DNA from: Mytilus edulis
Taxonomy: Eukaryota
DNA length: 64,000 bases
Reading direction: 5' to 3'
Assembly: GCF_963676685.1 (NCBI RefSeq)
Contig: NC_092350.1
Span: 7,316,001 to 7,380,000, forward strand
In this document: one piece after another, positions 61,963 through 64,000 of the stretch
Position numbering within the stretch: the first letter of the stretch is position 1
Layout of the letters: each line of letters opens with the position of its first letter
Program-made: the position numbers and the translations under genes
The notes under the pieces: generated by a model
Told to the model about the DNA's origin: nothing
The model's database searches: none
What the model saw: only the letters and a program-made list of their open reading frames with translations

Positions 61963-62437
61963 TGTAAGTCAGGAAACAGAAAACATGGCATGGAGCAACA
62001 GAATGGTCTTAGTTAGGAAACAGTAAAACATGGTATGGACCAACAGAGTGGTCTAATATTAGTGATGCAAGTCAGGAAACAGTAAAACATGGTATGGGCC
62101 AACAGAGTCTGATAATAATGATGTAAGTCAGGAAACAGTAAAACATGGTATGGAGCAACATAGTGGTCTAAGTCAGGAAACAGTAAAACATGACATGGAC
62201 CAACATAGCGGTCTAATTATAGTGATGTAAGTCAGGAAACAGTAAAGTAGGGCATGGACCAACAGGGTGGTCTGATAATAATGATGTACGTCAGGAAACA
62301 GCAAAACATGGTATGGACCAACAGAGTGGTCTGATAATAGTGATGTAAGTCAGGAAACAGTAAAACATGGTATAGACTTACAGAGTGGTCTAATAATAAT
62401 GATGTTAGTCAGGAAACAGTAAAACATGGTATGGACT
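61963..62437. repeat. About 45-59-bp minisatellite (GTAAGTCAGGAAACAGTAAAACATGGTATGGACCAACAGAGTGGTCT...)
   Basis: About 9 copies directly visible. Confidence 0.9.
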
Positions 62438-64000
62438 ATGCAACAAAAATTAGGGTAGAATTTTTTTTTATTATAAAGCAACACTAATTTTAATAAATTG
62501 AGCAAAGTGCACAATGCATACAATTTCACTCAGCTGCTATTTACATGTTGCAATTATATGCAAGCAAACCAGTTCTATTTTTCATGGTTATCTTATAATA
62601 ATGATATTCAAATGAACTTCTGATTGATACTATAAAAAAACAGATTATTAACACATTTTAAACTAACTTTCAGGGAAAACCTAAGTTGACCTATTTCCAC
62701 TTTTTGAGACATTGATTTGATCCTACTATTAGTATATGTCATTCCACATCTTGAGACATCGATTCAATCCTACTTTTAGTATATGCCATTCAATTACTAC
62801 TTAATCAAATCTTTAACATCTTAACATCATATTTGGAATTGACATTAATATAAGCACGCTATTTTACTGTAGTATTATTCTTACAGAAAATATCCTGCTG
62901 TGAGCCTCACCTGAGTCTGCAAATTTGAAAATTAATAAGTGTTATAATCAGGGGCCAACAGAGGTAATTAACACTATGACAATTTCCTTCACTTAAGTTA
63001 AGCCTGTGATTGATGGGGACTATTTGATCTTCAATGATCACTAGTAATGTGTCAATGTTGGAGGCCACAGAAGGGAGAGACATGTTTCTTATCTGATTTG
63101 GCTTGGTTGTGATTTGGTAATAATTAAGGTTTTCAATTAATTTCCAACTTTAGGATATTGGTTTAAATTAGGAACTGGAGTGAGAAAAGAAAGAGAAATA
63201 CTCAATGGGTTGAATGCAGAATTCACTTAATTTTGCATTTTGATAAATGTTGATCACAATATTTACAAAAAAATAAAAATAAAAACAATAAAGTTAAACT
63301 TTAATGCTGTTATGCAACCACCCAGAATTTAAACCAAAAAACCCACTAAAACTAATTTGATTACACAAGTTCTCTGTTGTTTATACAACTGTTTCTAAAT
63401 ATCAAATCACAGTGAGGAGAGGATTTTGTACACCATTAATTGAACATTTTTTTCCTGTAACCACTTTTCTACAATTTGTTAGTGCACCTTCAATCTAATC
63501 ATCTTTTTTCATTACAAGGGATTGAAGTCGTCATATGTTAATCAAAACTAATTATACAGAAAAACCAGACAACAAAAGTGGACTTGATAAGGTTATTTTC
63601 TATTTCTTCTTAGCTCCTATTGAAAAAGTGTAGGACAAATACTGAAATAATAAGAAATTTAAAATCACTGACAAAAGTGAAACATAATTATTTCAAAGGA
63701 AGGGAAAAATATCTTGACAGCTCTTAACTTTGTTCAGGAGCTTTCCTTGAGAAAATTAAAAGTCTCCCGAAGTCCCACATTCTAGCTCAGTTTGTTTAAG
63801 GTTAACTAGTGAATTCCTTCCTGGATCAATTACTTTGTACCCTGCTCCATCTTTGCTCCATCAACAATTCCGGACCATCTCTACCATGTTCAGATTGTTC
63901 ATAGAAATTGGAGGACTTGCAGAATAGAAAGGTATTAATCCATACTCAATAGACTAAGTAATAGTTAATTATACATTGATGTGTTAGGCTGGCTGAATTA

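Overview
This is an AT-rich animal genomic window with spliceosomal introns. The repeat families look like those of a mussel/bivalve (Mytilus-type; my inference). I can support two spliced protein-coding genes: on + an IFTAP/NWC (C11orf74) orthologue (6 coding exons, 32309-38210, about 330 aa), and on - an LMO1/3-type LIM-only gene (3 coding exons, 56533-55041). Positions 10033-17733 are a nested insertion. The outer element is a non-autonomous DNA transposon with CAC...GTG ends, about 90-bp TIRs and a 5-bp TSD. Inside it are a MITE, a palindrome-rich element, a ~460-bp tandem duplication and a young 4.7-kb LINE (10-bp TSD). LINE ORF1 and ORF2 are in frame across a single TAG. The rest is SINE-like, Helentron/HINE-like, Harbinger, Kolobok, Penelope-like and Crypton-like repeats plus several satellites. 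The most notable observations are (1) a circularly permuted twister-ribozyme-like fold in the commonest SINE-like repeat, (2) a hammerhead retrozyme monomer, (3) a paralogous family of spliced, apparently non-coding genes with conserved splice sites, hairpins and a repeated promoter/first-exon module, and (4) the RAG-locus host gene NWC lying near an LMO gene and a transposon with Transib-like ends. All calls are by eye, with no database searches. Repeat boundaries are approximate unless a TSD is given.
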